Assembly (NCBI GenBank): GCA_016287155.1
Contig: JAEEWC010000156.1
Span: 1 to 60,705 of the forward strand
Reading direction: 5' to 3'
DNA length: 60,705 bases
From: Clostridia bacterium
GTDB lineage: Bacteria; Bacillota; Clostridia; Christensenellales; UBA3700
In this document: positions 1 to 9,171 of the stretch, piece after piece
How positions within the stretch are numbered: position 1 is the stretch's first letter
Layout of the letters: every line of letters starts with the position of its first letter
The notes under the pieces: model-generated
The model's input: only the letters and a program-made list of their open reading frames with translations
What the model was told of the DNA's origin: nothing
The model's database searches: none
Program-made: the position numbers and the translations under genes

Positions 1-3000
1 ACATCAAGAATGGTGCTTATGTTGAATTCAATGCAATTAACACAAACGGAGAATGGGTACAATATACAACATACTTCCGTGGTTCAAATTCTGCAGATAA
101 GACATTCACTCTAACACTAGGTCTTGGCGAAGGTAACTATAAAGATGGCCATATGGTATCTGGATATGCTTATTTCGATCATGTTGTTTTAACTGATAAA
201 ACAAATGTTGAAGAAGGACAAACAGCTATGGACGAAGATGAATTCAATGCAATTCAAACAAACGCTACAACAGCTAAGTATGATTTAAGAACACTTGATG
301 GAAACTTCAACTACGCTTCTCTATCTACAGCTCCTATCTATTCACCAAACCAAATCACAGGCTCTGCTGGTACAGGTTCTGGTTCTGATGCTTCAACAGG
401 TTCAACATACCTAGAAAAAGGTGTTATTGATATCACACCAACATCAGGCGATACTTTCTCTAAGGTATTTAGTGGATATAGCGCAAATGCTATCACTCTA
501 AATAAGGTATTCGACACTGACCTTGGAAATAAACTTGTTGTTATTCACAACAAGCAAAAGACAGCCTACTCATACAAAGATAGCGTTGGTATGTTAATTG
601 AAAATGCTAAGTATTATAAGATTACTATCTATGCTCAAACATTTATCAACGATGCATCTAAGGCTGATTCAAAGGGTGCTAATTTAGCTATCAACTCTTC
701 TTCTTCAACAACACTTGAAGAATTCGAAGATATCGATACAAATGGTCAATGGAAGCAATATACATTCTATGTAAAGGGTAACCAATATTCAGACAATACT
801 CTATACTTCTCAATGGCTCTAGGAACAGGTGGTTCTGGTGACGGCGATTGGGTACAAGGTGTTGCATTCTTCGATGATCTAACATATGAAGAAATTCCAG
901 AAAACCAATATACAGCTGCTGTAAACTCAGCTACAGTAAAGACATATTCATATGAAACAATTGAAAATAATGACGACATCCAAAACTTAGCTAACTTCAA
1001 TTCAACACAATATGAAGAATCATTCTTAAATGCTGATGGTACACTTCGCTATACAACAATGAAGGTTGAAGAAAAAACTTCTCCATTCACTAAAAAAGTA
1101 GAAGTTACTCCTGGGGTTTATGAAGATGTAAAACTTGACGTATTAAACATTACAAATAATAAATTATCTGCATACTCTGCAGCTACAATCTATAAGGATA
1201 CAGCTGATGATTCTGCAATTGATGGCAATAAGATTACTATCAATCCAAACTCAGCATACCAAATCACATTCTGGGTAAAGACAGCAAACTTAAGCGATGG
1301 CGCTTCTGCTTCAGTTGCTTTAGTTGGATATGATATGGATAAACAAGCAGATTACAGCAAGTGTAAGACAACTCTATCTACAATGTCTTCTATCAACGAA
1401 GATACACTAAAGAGCTTCGCTGTTGATGATTACGACAACTACTCTTTAATTACATTCTATGTATTAGGTGACATTTCAGATACTAAGTATGTTGGTCTTG
1501 ATATCACATTCGGTACAGCTACTGCTGCATCTACATCTGCTTCATTCACAAAGGGTACATTCTACTTAACAAACTTAAGAGTAACAAAGATTGATTACGA
1601 TAAATATACAGCTGCTACAACAGGTACAACAACATTCAAGTATTCATATGTTGGTAGCGGTTCAACAGGCGAAGTATCTTCAAATGGTACATTCAACTAT
1701 GTTGATATGGAATCTACAATTTCTCTACATAAGAATGATGCTGATTCTGCTTGGAACGATCAAGGTAAGTTACAATTAACAGGTTCTCCAACAAACTGGG
1801 CTATTACAGAATCTAAGGCTTTAGTTGAAAATGGTGGTGATTCTACAGCCGGTATCGTTGATCTACAATACTTCAAAAAGTTTGCAGATGCCACATACAC
1901 AGTTGATTATGAACACATCTATGATGCTATGACAGCTGGATTAAAGTATAAAGATAATCCACAAGTATTATTCATCGATGCTGTTAATACTCCAAATCTA
2001 GGATACAAATCTAATTCAATTTCATTATCTGCTAATTCATATTATGTATTTAGCGTATATGCTTATTCATTAGATGGACGTGCCCTATCATTCACAGTTG
2101 AACAATCTGGTGTTACAGATCTAAAGGATTCTTCTATAAGAATTGCTAACACAGATGCAAATACATGGAAGCAATACCTAATCTATGTTAAGACAGGTAT
2201 TACATCTACATCAGTTAACGTAACATTATATGCAGGTGATGCTATTGCTGAATCAAATAACTCATCTCAAGCTATCTTCACATTAGCTACATATGCAACA
2301 ATTGACGAAACAATCTACAATGCAGCTGTTGCTACAGAAGCTGGTGCTGATGACACATATGATGCTGCTGGTAAAGGTATCATCGTTAAGAAGCTTGCTT
2401 GGTTCACAGATACAATGTATCTAACATCATCAGCTTCAACAGATACAACTTTAGCTACTCCAACAAACTGGACAGGTGCTGCAATCGATTCTAACGCTTC
2501 TACAGAAACAGAAGACTTAGCTAAGGGTATCTTCGATCAATTAAACGACAACTGGAATATCATTGATATTGACCCAGACGCAGAAAATTCATTCGCAGAA
2601 AAGATCTTCACTGCTGATAAGAAACATGGTAACACAGTTCTTATCATCGACAATAAGAAGGCTACATCTTATGGATACACATCTTCTTCATTCACACTAT
2701 CTGCTTCTAAGTACTACAAGATTTCTATCGATGTATTAACAAAAGATTTGAAATTCTTAAGAGAAGCTGACGTAGATAAGGATGATGACGCATATGATGG
2801 ATTCAGCGAAAAGAACATCTATGATACTGCTACAGTAACTCTAACAGCTAACAACAAGACTTACACATTTGGTAAGCATGTTGAAAAGGATAAGACAAGA
2901 GACGACTTCACAGGTGATACAGCTGCTGCTGATTACAAGGAATACGTTCTAAACAAAACTAGAATCATCAATGTAGATTCTTGGACAACATATACATACT

Positions 3001-3476
3001 ACATCGCTCTTGATGAAGACGTTGAAGAAGATGTATCTGCTACTCTAAAGATCTCTATCGGTGGCAAGAGCGTTTCTTACTGGGAATCTGGTTATGTATT
3101 TATCGATAACTTCACTGTTGAAGAAATGAATAAAGATGCATACACAGCTGCTACAGAAGGATACGATGCTAAGTTAGATCCAGATAACGAAGCTTACGAT
3201 GCAACTTTAACATCTAAGACATATAAGATTGATTATACAAACGAAGATGCTACAGCTGAAGAAGAAACTGATGACGATGATGAAGAAGAGGAAGAACCAG
3301 CAACTGATACTAAGGATTGGTTATGGTTATACATCACATCTGGTGTTATCGGTGGAATTTTAGTAATCATTCTATTAATCTACATCATCAAGAAGTACGC
3401 TCCAAAGAAGAAGTTCAAGGTTAATAAGAAGACATTAACTAAGGATAATTCTACAAGAGGTAAGTTCTCTGACTAA
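1..3476 (+). CDS. Large modular cell-surface protein, 5'-truncated by the window edge. Tandem beta-sandwich/CBM-like modules, then an acidic linker, a TM anchor and a basic tail.
   Basis: The frame of the 153..3476 ORF stays open back to nt 3 (IKNGAYVEFNAINTNGEWVQYTTYFRG...), so Met153 is internal. A module signature recurs at least 5 times (GEWVQYTTYF..GYAYFDHVVL; GQWKQYTFYV..GVAFFDDLTYEEI; FYLTNLRVTKIDYDKY; NTWKQYLIYV; SWTTYTYYI..GYVFIDNFTVEEM). The C-terminus is EEETDDDDEEEEEP + WLWLYITSGVIGGILVIILLIYII + KKYAPKKKFK. Confidence 0.75.
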   Translation, partial: IKNGAYVEFNAINTNGEWVQYTTYFRGSNSADKTFTLTLGLGEGNYKDGHMVSGYAYFDHVVLTDKTNVEEGQTAMDEDEFNAIQTNATTAKYDLRTLDGNFNYASLSTAPIYSPNQITGSAGTGSGSDASTGSTYLEKGVIDITPTSGDTFSKVFSGYSANAITLNKVFDTDLGNKLVVIHNKQKTAYSYKDSVGMLIENAKYYKITIYAQTFINDASKADSKGANLAINSSSSTTLEEFEDIDTNGQWKQYTFYVKGNQYSDNTLYFSMALGTGGSGDGDWVQGVAFFDDLTYEEIPENQYTAAVNSATVKTYSYETIENNDDIQNLANFNSTQYEESFLNADGTLRYTTMKVEEKTSPFTKKVEVTPGVYEDVKLDVLNITNNKLSAYSAATIYKDTADDSAIDGNKITINPNSAYQITFWVKTANLSDGASASVALVGYDMDKQADYSKCKTTLSTMSSINEDTLKSFAVDDYDNYSLITFYVLGDISDTKYVGLDITFGTATAASTSASFTKGTFYLTNLRVTKIDYDKYTAATTGTTTFKYSYVGSGSTGEVSSNGTFNYVDMESTISLHKNDADSAWNDQGKLQLTGSPTNWAITESKALVENGGDSTAGIVDLQYFKKFADATYTVDYEHIYDAMTAGLKYKDNPQVLFIDAVNTPNLGYKSNSISLSANSYYVFSVYAYSLDGRALSFTVEQSGVTDLKDSSIRIANTDANTWKQYLIYVKTGITSTSVNVTLYAGDAIAESNNSSQAIFTLATYATIDETIYNAAVATEAGADDTYDAAGKGIIVKKLAWFTDTMYLTSSASTDTTLATPTNWTGAAIDSNASTETEDLAKGIFDQLNDNWNIIDIDPDAENSFAEKIFTADKKHGNTVLIIDNKKATSYGYTSSSFTLSASKYYKISIDVLTKDLKFLREADVDKDDDAYDGFSEKNIYDTATVTLTANNKTYTFGKHVEKDKTRDDFTGDTAAADYKEYVLNKTRIINVDSWTTYTYYIALDEDVEEDVSATLKISIGGKSVSYWESGYVFIDNFTVEEMNKDAYTAATEGYDAKLDPDNEAYDATLTSKTYKIDYTNEDATAEEETDDDDEEEEEPATDTKDWLWLYITSGVIGGILVIILLIYIIKKYAPKKKFKVNKKTLTKDNSTRGKFSD

Positions 3477-3498
3477 GACGTAAATGTCAAATAAGGAA

Positions 3499-3528
3499 GT
3501 GGTGAGTTTTTAGCTCACCACTTTTTTT
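3499..3528 (+). terminator. Rho-independent terminator of the surface-protein gene
   Basis: Stem GTGGTGAG (3499-3506) / CTCACCAC (3514-3521), 7-nt loop, then T7 (3522-3528). It lies 22 nt after the TAA at 3474-3476. Confidence 0.8.
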
Positions 3529-3544
3529 ATTTAATTTGTATTAT

Positions 3545-4474
3545 CTATTCTTTAGAATACTTTGCGATTTTCTCTTCTGCTTCTTTGAAATATCTTGGAT
3601 ATACTGATTTACACCAAAAACTATTATAGAAATTTGCTCTCTTTACATTAATTGGATTTGTATTATCGTAAGCGTTTTCATCATCTGTATATTCAAATTT
3701 ATATGGAGTATTAACACGCCATGAATTAAACATACCTGTTCTTATAGCATCTGTTGGACAGAAATATGTGCAACGTTGACACATTGTACATTTTGTACCA
3801 AATTTAATCTTACCATCCTTTAATTTAATATTTTCGATTGGACAGTTATTAACACACTTATGACAATTGATACATTTCTTCTTATTTACGCTATAGAATA
3901 TACCATTGAATCTAGAACCGAAGTGTTCAATTCTTAGCACCCAAGCAAAAAAGGCTGCACATTTAACTTGCTTATATAATTCACTCTTGCCTTCGATTAT
4001 TGATCTTGCATCAATAGGAATAAGCTTTTGTGCCGTATCCCACATTCTAAAGGCCATTTTCGCTTTATGACGATAAATCATATCGTATGGCATTACATAG
4101 TGATATTCATTTTGAACATCAAAGCCTTTCTTTTTTAATTTCTTAGATAGTTTTATTGATGAGGCATAATTAACATGAAGTGGTTCTGCCGATGTGTTTA
4201 TAATAAATGTTCTTTTTGTCTCTTTTAAAGGTTGTAGAGTTTTTACCCAATCATACATAATTTCAGGTGCGTTAAAAGCGTGGATTGGATATCCAATGCC
4301 AATTAAGTCATAATCGTCATGATTTACATCGATTTTGTTCTTGATTTTGTAAACTTGGTTTTCAATTTTGACGAAATCAACTTGATGTCCAGCGCCTTTA
4401 AATTCGCTCTCGAACTTTCTTAAAACCCTCTCTGTGTTGCCACTGCCAGTAAAATAGTAAACTAGTATTTTCAT
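3545..4474 (-). CDS. EFR1-type flavodoxin-like / 2x[4Fe-4S] ferredoxin fusion protein
   Basis: N-terminal flavodoxin-like MKILVYYFTGSGNTERV. Two cluster motifs, CINCHKCVNNCP and CTMCQRCTYFCP. RBS AGAGGGGGG lies upstream of the ATG at 4474. Confidence 0.7.
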   Translation of the reverse strand: MKILVYYFTGSGNTERVLRKFESEFKGAGHQVDFVKIENQVYKIKNKIDVNHDDYDLIGIGYPIHAFNAPEIMYDWVKTLQPLKETKRTFIINTSAEPLHVNYASSIKLSKKLKKKGFDVQNEYHYVMPYDMIYRHKAKMAFRMWDTAQKLIPIDARSIIEGKSELYKQVKCAAFFAWVLRIEHFGSRFNGIFYSVNKKKCINCHKCVNNCPIENIKLKDGKIKFGTKCTMCQRCTYFCPTDAIRTGMFNSWRVNTPYKFEYTDDENAYDNTNPINVKRANFYNSFWCKSVYPRYFKEAEEKIAKYSKE

Positions 4475-4551
4475 GATGCCCCCCTCTTAAGTATATTATA
4501 TAAATAAATTTTATATTTGTATATACTGGCCAATTTCCCTATATAAAATAC

Positions 4552-4580
4552 GTAGACCCTTGATCGGTTCAAGGGTCTAC
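4552..4580 (-). terminator. 12-bp hairpin terminator downstream of the small ORF 4624..4797
   Basis: GTAGACCCTTGA (4552-4563) / TCAAGGGTCTAC (4569-4580), 5-nt loop. On the minus strand it is followed by GTATTTTATAT. Confidence 0.55.
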
Positions 4581-4623
4581 ATCAGAACTAACTCTATATA
4601 TTTCTATATAGAAAACTCGATTA

Positions 4624-4797
4624 CTATATTTTACTTGAAGAAGAAGTTTCTATTTGAGCGACAGAAACTGCATCATCAGTTAATGTTGAGTACTCTGCAG
4701 ATACGGCTTTTGCAGTAAATACTACAAATACGCTTATCATTGCTACTAACATTACTACCATCAAAGACACTAAAAAATATCTAATTTTTGTATCCAT
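4624..4797 (-). CDS. Unannotated 57-aa secreted or membrane small protein (below the ORF-track cutoff)
   Basis: ATG at 4797 is preceded by GAGGTGG with a 5-nt spacer. Translation: MDTKIRYFLVSLMVVMLVAMISVFVVFTAKAVSAEYSTLTDDAVSVAQIETSSSSKI. It has an n-region, a hydrophobic core and an AVSA-type cleavage motif. TAG stop at 4624-4626. A hairpin terminator lies 44 nt downstream. Confidence 0.55.
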   Translation of the reverse strand: MDTKIRYFLVSLMVVMLVAMISVFVVFTAKAVSAEYSTLTDDAVSVAQIETSSSSKI

Positions 4798-4993
4798 ATA
4801 ACCACCTCATTTCTATCTTGCACTCTAATCATACCGAACAAAGTGCAACAAAAGTGCAACAAATGAGTGTGCACTTTCTAAAATTTGCGTAAAATCGCAA
4901 AAGTTTATGCACAAGTAAACTACGAAAACAACTAATTAATTATTGAAAAATACAATCTAATCGACTGCGTATAAAATATACCAATTTGCATTA

Positions 4994-5323
4994 TTACATA
5001 ATGTCAAACACAATCAAATTGGCTTCATAAAGTTCTTTTATTGTCTTTCCTTCTATTCGAATTAAATTCAAAGCTTCATATATGTCTTTATAAAGCTCTT
5101 TCTTATTTGTTGAACCATTATAGAACTCATATTGGCCAAACTCTTCTATAGGAACTAATTCGTAATCGACGCCTCTATAATTCCACGCAAATTCATGGCT
5201 CAAGCCACATTCATAATCAACATAATACGAAATAAACTCATCCCAAGTTTCATTCTGCAGCTCTCCTGATGAAACTTTCTCGTTTATTCTATCAATCATT
5301 TCCTTCCATTCTTTTTCTGTCAT
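4994..5323 (-). CDS. Hypothetical small acidic protein, a candidate immunity/antitoxin-like partner. Third gene of the DUF4417 operon.
   Basis: 109 aa and rich in E/D. Its start overlaps the upstream stop (ATGA at 5320-5323), with GGAG 9 nt upstream. I recognised no family motif. Confidence 0.5.
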   Translation of the reverse strand: MTEKEWKEMIDRINEKVSSGELQNETWDEFISYYVDYECGLSHEFAWNYRGVDYELVPIEEFGQYEFYNGSTNKKELYKDIYEALNLIRIEGKTIKELYEANLIVFDIM

Positions 5324-5709
5324 CTATCCCACTCCGATTTATGCTCATTGTACAATCTTGTAACATAAGATATTAAATTCTTATGACTTTTTGATATTTG
5401 CTCATGGCCTATATGCTTTAGCCCTCTATGTTCATGTGGACCAATGTTTTTCGAATTCAAATGAATAACATATTTATTAATTCGATTAGAATCATAGATA
5501 CCAATTTCTTTTATTTTATCATTTTCTCCAACCAGAACATAGACCCTATTTGGTGTATGAGAAAATATCGGTATCCCTGCGTTTTTCCTATTTGGTTTTA
5601 CAAATTTAATGTTTCCAAATGGGCCTAGCCCCTTATACTCACTAGTTTGCTCCTTCTCGCTTCTACTTAGATATACTCGAACATCTAATCCACATCCTCT
5701 TCCTCCCAT
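5320..5709 (-). CDS. Hypothetical basic, His-rich protein. Second gene of the DUF4417 operon.
   Basis: 129 aa and rich in K/R/H, with the cluster HLNSKNIGPHEHRGLKHIGHEQ. Its AGGAGG RBS is embedded in the last codons of the upstream gene (..AGGAGGTAAGTAGTATG). Confidence 0.5.
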   Translation of the reverse strand: MGGRGCGLDVRVYLSRSEKEQTSEYKGLGPFGNIKFVKPNRKNAGIPIFSHTPNRVYVLVGENDKIKEIGIYDSNRINKYVIHLNSKNIGPHEHRGLKHIGHEQISKSHKNLISYVTRLYNEHKSEWDR

Positions 5710-5710
5710 A

Positions 5711-6352
5711 CTACTTACCTCCTATTATTCTTTGCGAAAATGTATCTTTGAACTTGATATTAACTATATTTCCAACCATGCCATCAATTAAATTTCCTTT
5801 AACAAAAATTGTTTTAGGCTCTATAACCTCTAGCATTTTATTGTATCCTTTTAAAAAATTGTCTTTCGAATTTGAATTACTTATAGTTGAAATAATAACA
5901 TCTGAGCCTTTTTCGACCCCAGCAAAGCAATACTTATAAGTATCTTCATTTGCCCAACTAATCGTTGGTATACAATTGATATCTAACGATTGCCACCAAC
6001 AGCCAATCCAACGATTTTTATATACATTATGTGCTATTTCAATTTCATCCATATTGGTATACGCGCTGAAATCAGGAGTTGCCACGCATAAAAAATCTTT
6101 TATATATTTGATGTATCTTAATGGATCGTTCCAATATCGATTAATTGTGTAATCAAACTGAAATCCAGTTAGCATCGTACTAGCTTTATCTTTTACGCTA
6201 GACATATTACTGTATGAAGCATACTTTAAACTATTAATCACTTCATTTGGTATATTGATCTTCCTCATTCTTGGTATCCCCATTATGCTTTTGCCAAAGC
6301 CGTCTGGGCATTCTCTTGCAACTAAAAAATTTCGATATTTATTATTATTCAT
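5711..6352 (-). CDS. DUF4417-family protein (function unknown)
   Basis: The core FQFDYTINRYWNDPLRYIKYIKDFLCVATPDFSAYTNMDEIEIAHNVYKNRWIGCWWQSLDINCIPTISWANEDTYKYCFAGVEKGSDVIISTIS matches my recollection of the DUF4417 signature (..DxxxxRxWxxPxxY....TPDFS.Y.dmp...q..N.YrnRW.G.yWQ..Gi.VIPTvsW..). AGGAGG RBS upstream. Confidence 0.6.
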   Translation of the reverse strand: MNNNKYRNFLVARECPDGFGKSIMGIPRMRKINIPNEVINSLKYASYSNMSSVKDKASTMLTGFQFDYTINRYWNDPLRYIKYIKDFLCVATPDFSAYTNMDEIEIAHNVYKNRWIGCWWQSLDINCIPTISWANEDTYKYCFAGVEKGSDVIISTISNSNSKDNFLKGYNKMLEVIEPKTIFVKGNLIDGMVGNIVNIKFKDTFSQRIIGGK

Positions 6353-6469
6353 TATTTACTTCCTCCTTTTTTCTTTCACATTTTACTTTTGTTCACTTTC
6401 AGTTTATAATTATCGAGGGGAAAAATAAATTCCCAATTATATTACGCCTAACGTAGGAGACAACGCCTT

Positions 6470-7258
6470 ATGGATGAAAAAAATATTCACCTAGAACACT
6501 TCGGCAAAATAGTTAGAGAAACTAGGTTAAAAGAAATACCTAAAATGTCGCAAATCACTTTTTATAGATTCATACTGCCTAACATAAATAATTCAAATGA
6601 AAATATTAAAAAGAAAATGAATTCGATAGAAAACGGAAGAGGTAAAACGATTGATTTTGAGTTTTTAGATGCATTTACTTCTAAATATAATTATAGTTAC
6701 GACTATGTATTTGGCTTAAAACCAGATTACAAATCCTACACAAATGAATTCTTATGTAATTATTTCGGGCTAGCCGAAGACTCTATTGAAGCTTTACATC
6801 AAATTGCATTGGACAAAAATAATAATATATGTGGTCCAGTCTATGTAAAAACGCGCGATGAGCTCAATAAAAAGATGTGCGATTTACCAAAAGTTCGTGC
6901 CGCTACAGAATTCGCAATTACATTCACATCGTTACTTGATTTTATATTTATGAAAGACGAAGAGATGGATATTAAACAATCTATCTTTTCATATATTTAC
7001 AATTATTGCGCTTCAGATGCAAAAATCTTGAGCCCCGAAAATCACAGATTAGATTATAATGCTCAAAAGAACCAACTTCCATATCTAATAGATTCAGATA
7101 ACACACTATATGGAATCTCTGCAACAGATTTATATCTTGAAGCACAAATAAAGAAACTGACGGACACATTGGATAAATTAAGACAAATTTATAAACAATC
7201 AAATTTACACCGCCCACGCATCCCTCAGGTATTATCTTATTCTCTAGTGCACGATTAG
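6470..7258 (+). CDS. XRE-family HTH transcriptional regulator with a long helical C-terminal domain, divergent from the DUF4417 operon
   Basis: The N-terminus FGKIVRETRLKEIPKMSQITFYRFI...ENGRGKTIDFEFLDAFTSKYNYSYDYVFG follows the Cro/C1 HTH pattern. GGAG lies 10 nt upstream of the ATG. Confidence 0.55.
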   Translation: MDEKNIHLEHFGKIVRETRLKEIPKMSQITFYRFILPNINNSNENIKKKMNSIENGRGKTIDFEFLDAFTSKYNYSYDYVFGLKPDYKSYTNEFLCNYFGLAEDSIEALHQIALDKNNNICGPVYVKTRDELNKKMCDLPKVRAATEFAITFTSLLDFIFMKDEEMDIKQSIFSYIYNYCASDAKILSPENHRLDYNAQKNQLPYLIDSDNTLYGISATDLYLEAQIKKLTDTLDKLRQIYKQSNLHRPRIPQVLSYSLVHD

Positions 7259-7304
7259 AATATAATGCTGGCAATTCGATGCATATGCGCGCACGCGCTT
7301 TTTC

Positions 7305-7333
7305 TTTACATAAATATTAAATGCGTGTATAAT
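7305..7333 (+). promoter_or_regulatory. Sigma-A-type promoter of the folate operon
   Basis: TTTACA (7305-7310), 17-nt spacer, TATAAT (7328-7333). It lies about 30 nt upstream of the folC RBS. A GC-rich element GCGCGCACGCGC + T5 (7287-7303) just upstream may terminate the XRE gene. Confidence 0.5.
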
Positions 7334-7365
7334 TTCAATGATATATAAAACCTTTGGAGAAAATA

Positions 7366-8643
7366 ATGAACTATTTAGAATGTATTGATTACATGGAAAA
7401 GATGTCTAAATTCGGAACAGTTCTTGGATTAGACACAATTAAAACTCTTTTAAATAGACTAGATAATCCACAAAAGGGACTTAAATTTGTGCATGTTGCT
7501 GGAACAAACGGCAAAGGTTCAGTATGTGCATATCTAACAAAGATTTTAACAGTAGCTGGATACAAAGTTGGAACTTTCAATTCACCTGCTGTTTTTTCAT
7601 ATAATGAAAGATTCTCAATAAACGGCAAAATTGTATCAAACGAGATGGTTGAAAAATATATCAATATCGTTGCTGAAGAAAGAGAATTGATGCAAAAACA
7701 AGGAGCAAGTGCCCTTCCAACATCATTCGAACTTGAAACCGCAGCTGCATTTTTAATGTTTAGAGATGAAAAATGCGATATCGTCATTATGGAAACAGGT
7801 ATGGGCGGTAGATTAGACGCTACAAATGTTATCGATCCTGAAGATAAATTAATATCTATCATCACATCAATCGGTTACGACCATACTCAATATCTAGGAA
7901 CAACGCTAAAGGAAATTGCTCAAGAAAAGTTTGGTATCGTTACAAATACCCTAATTACATATGAACAAAACCCAGATGTAATGGAAGTATTTAATCAAGC
8001 ACCAAAACTAATTCTAACAAAGCAACCAATCTTAATGATTGCAACTTTATCTGGAATCGTATTTAAGTATAGAGGACACATCTATAGATTATCTATGCTT
8101 GGTGAACACCAAATCCAAAACGCAGCACTTGCTATTGAAGCTGCAAGAAAGTTAAAGAAATTAGGATTTACAAACATCGAGAAAAAAGTTGTTCAAAAGG
8201 CCCTATATCAAACTGTATGGCCAGGTAGATTAGAGAAAAAGGCTCTAAAGGATAAGATTTGCATCCTAGATGGTGCTCATAACCCAGCTGGAGCAAGAAC
8301 TTTATTTAACGCAATTAAACTACACTGCCCAAATACTAAAATTTCTTATGTATTTGGAGCATTCAAAGATAAAGACATTGATGGAATATTATCTAGCATG
8401 AAAGATGTTTTAGATACAATGTACATTGCTAAAGCCCCAACAGAAAGAGGACTTGATGTAGATTCGTTGAAAACAATTTGCGAAAAATATTCTAATAATG
8501 TTATAACTAATGCAAGCATTACTCAAGCCCTTGAAAAGGCCATGAACGATGATTCTAAGGTAATTATAGTATTTGGTTCATTGAGCATATTAAGAGAGGC
8601 TGTTGAGGCTATAAAGGAATTAAATGGACAAGAAAAGAATTGA
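7366..8643 (+). CDS. folC: Bifunctional folylpolyglutamate synthase / dihydrofolate synthase
   Basis: P-loop [32 protein letters not shown] prefer the ATG at 7366 (GGAGA at 7356-7360, 5-nt spacer) to the TTG at 7354 used by the ORF track. Confidence 0.9.
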   Translation: MNYLECIDYMEKMSKFGTVLGLDTIKTLLNRLDNPQKGLKFVHVAGTNGKGSVCAYLTKILTVAGYKVGTFNSPAVFSYNERFSINGKIVSNEMVEKYINIVAEERELMQKQGASALPTSFELETAAAFLMFRDEKCDIVIMETGMGGRLDATNVIDPEDKLISIITSIGYDHTQYLGTTLKEIAQEKFGIVTNTLITYEQNPDVMEVFNQAPKLILTKQPILMIATLSGIVFKYRGHIYRLSMLGEHQIQNAALAIEAARKLKKLGFTNIEKKVVQKALYQTVWPGRLEKKALKDKICILDGAHNPAGARTLFNAIKLHCPNTKISYVFGAFKDKDIDGILSSMKDVLDTMYIAKAPTERGLDVDSLKTICEKYSNNVITNASITQALEKAMNDDSKVIIVFGSLSILREAVEAIKELNGQEKN

Positions 8644-9169
8644 AAACGCTATTAAAGAGCTTTTAGATGCAATAGGTGAAGACAAAAATCGTGAAGGTCT
8701 TCAAGATACTCCTGCTCGTGTAGCAAGAATGTATGAAGAAATCCTAAGCGGTTACAATGATGATGTAAAAAATCACCTATCTAAAACTTTCACGGTTAAA
8801 ACTAGCGACATTGTTATTGAAAAGAACATTCAATTCTCTTCTATGTGCGAACATCACTTGATGCCATTTTTTGGTAACATCCACATCGCATATATTCCAA
8901 ATGGTAAAGTTGTTGGCTTATCTAAACTTGCAAGATGCGTAGAAACATACGCAAGAAGACTTCAACTACAAGAACAATTAACAAACCAAATCTGTGAAGC
9001 TATCTACACTAACCTAAATGCTAAAGGCGTTATGGTAGTTTGCGAAGCTGAACACACATGTATGACATGTCGCGGAGTTAGAAAGATGGGCTCTAAAACT
9101 GTTACATATTCTATCTTAGGAGACATCGACGACAATAAAAAGGCTGAAATACTAAGCCTAATTAAATAA
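8624..9169 (+). CDS. folE: GTP cyclohydrolase I
   Basis: [17 protein letters not shown] and the [11 protein letters not shown] motif. The start overlaps the end of folC. Confidence 0.92.
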   Translation: MDKKRIENAIKELLDAIGEDKNREGLQDTPARVARMYEEILSGYNDDVKNHLSKTFTVKTSDIVIEKNIQFSSMCEHHLMPFFGNIHIAYIPNGKVVGLSKLARCVETYARRLQLQEQLTNQICEAIYTNLNAKGVMVVCEAEHTCMTCRGVRKMGSKTVTYSILGDIDDNKKAEILSLIK

Positions 9170-9171
9170 CT

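Noticed and set aside
4475-7353. Prophage remnant or IS element as the explanation for the DUF4417 island
   Set aside because: No integrase, transposase, terminal inverted repeats, flanking direct repeats or tRNA target were found by eye. I keep it as an 'accessory cassette of unknown origin' only.
7354-7365. TTG start for folC given by the track
   Set aside because: The TTG overlaps the GGAGA RBS that is correctly spaced for the ATG at 7366. Other N-terminal extensions I rejected for the same kind of reason: ntpB 43915-43950 and the lipoprotein 56004-56030.
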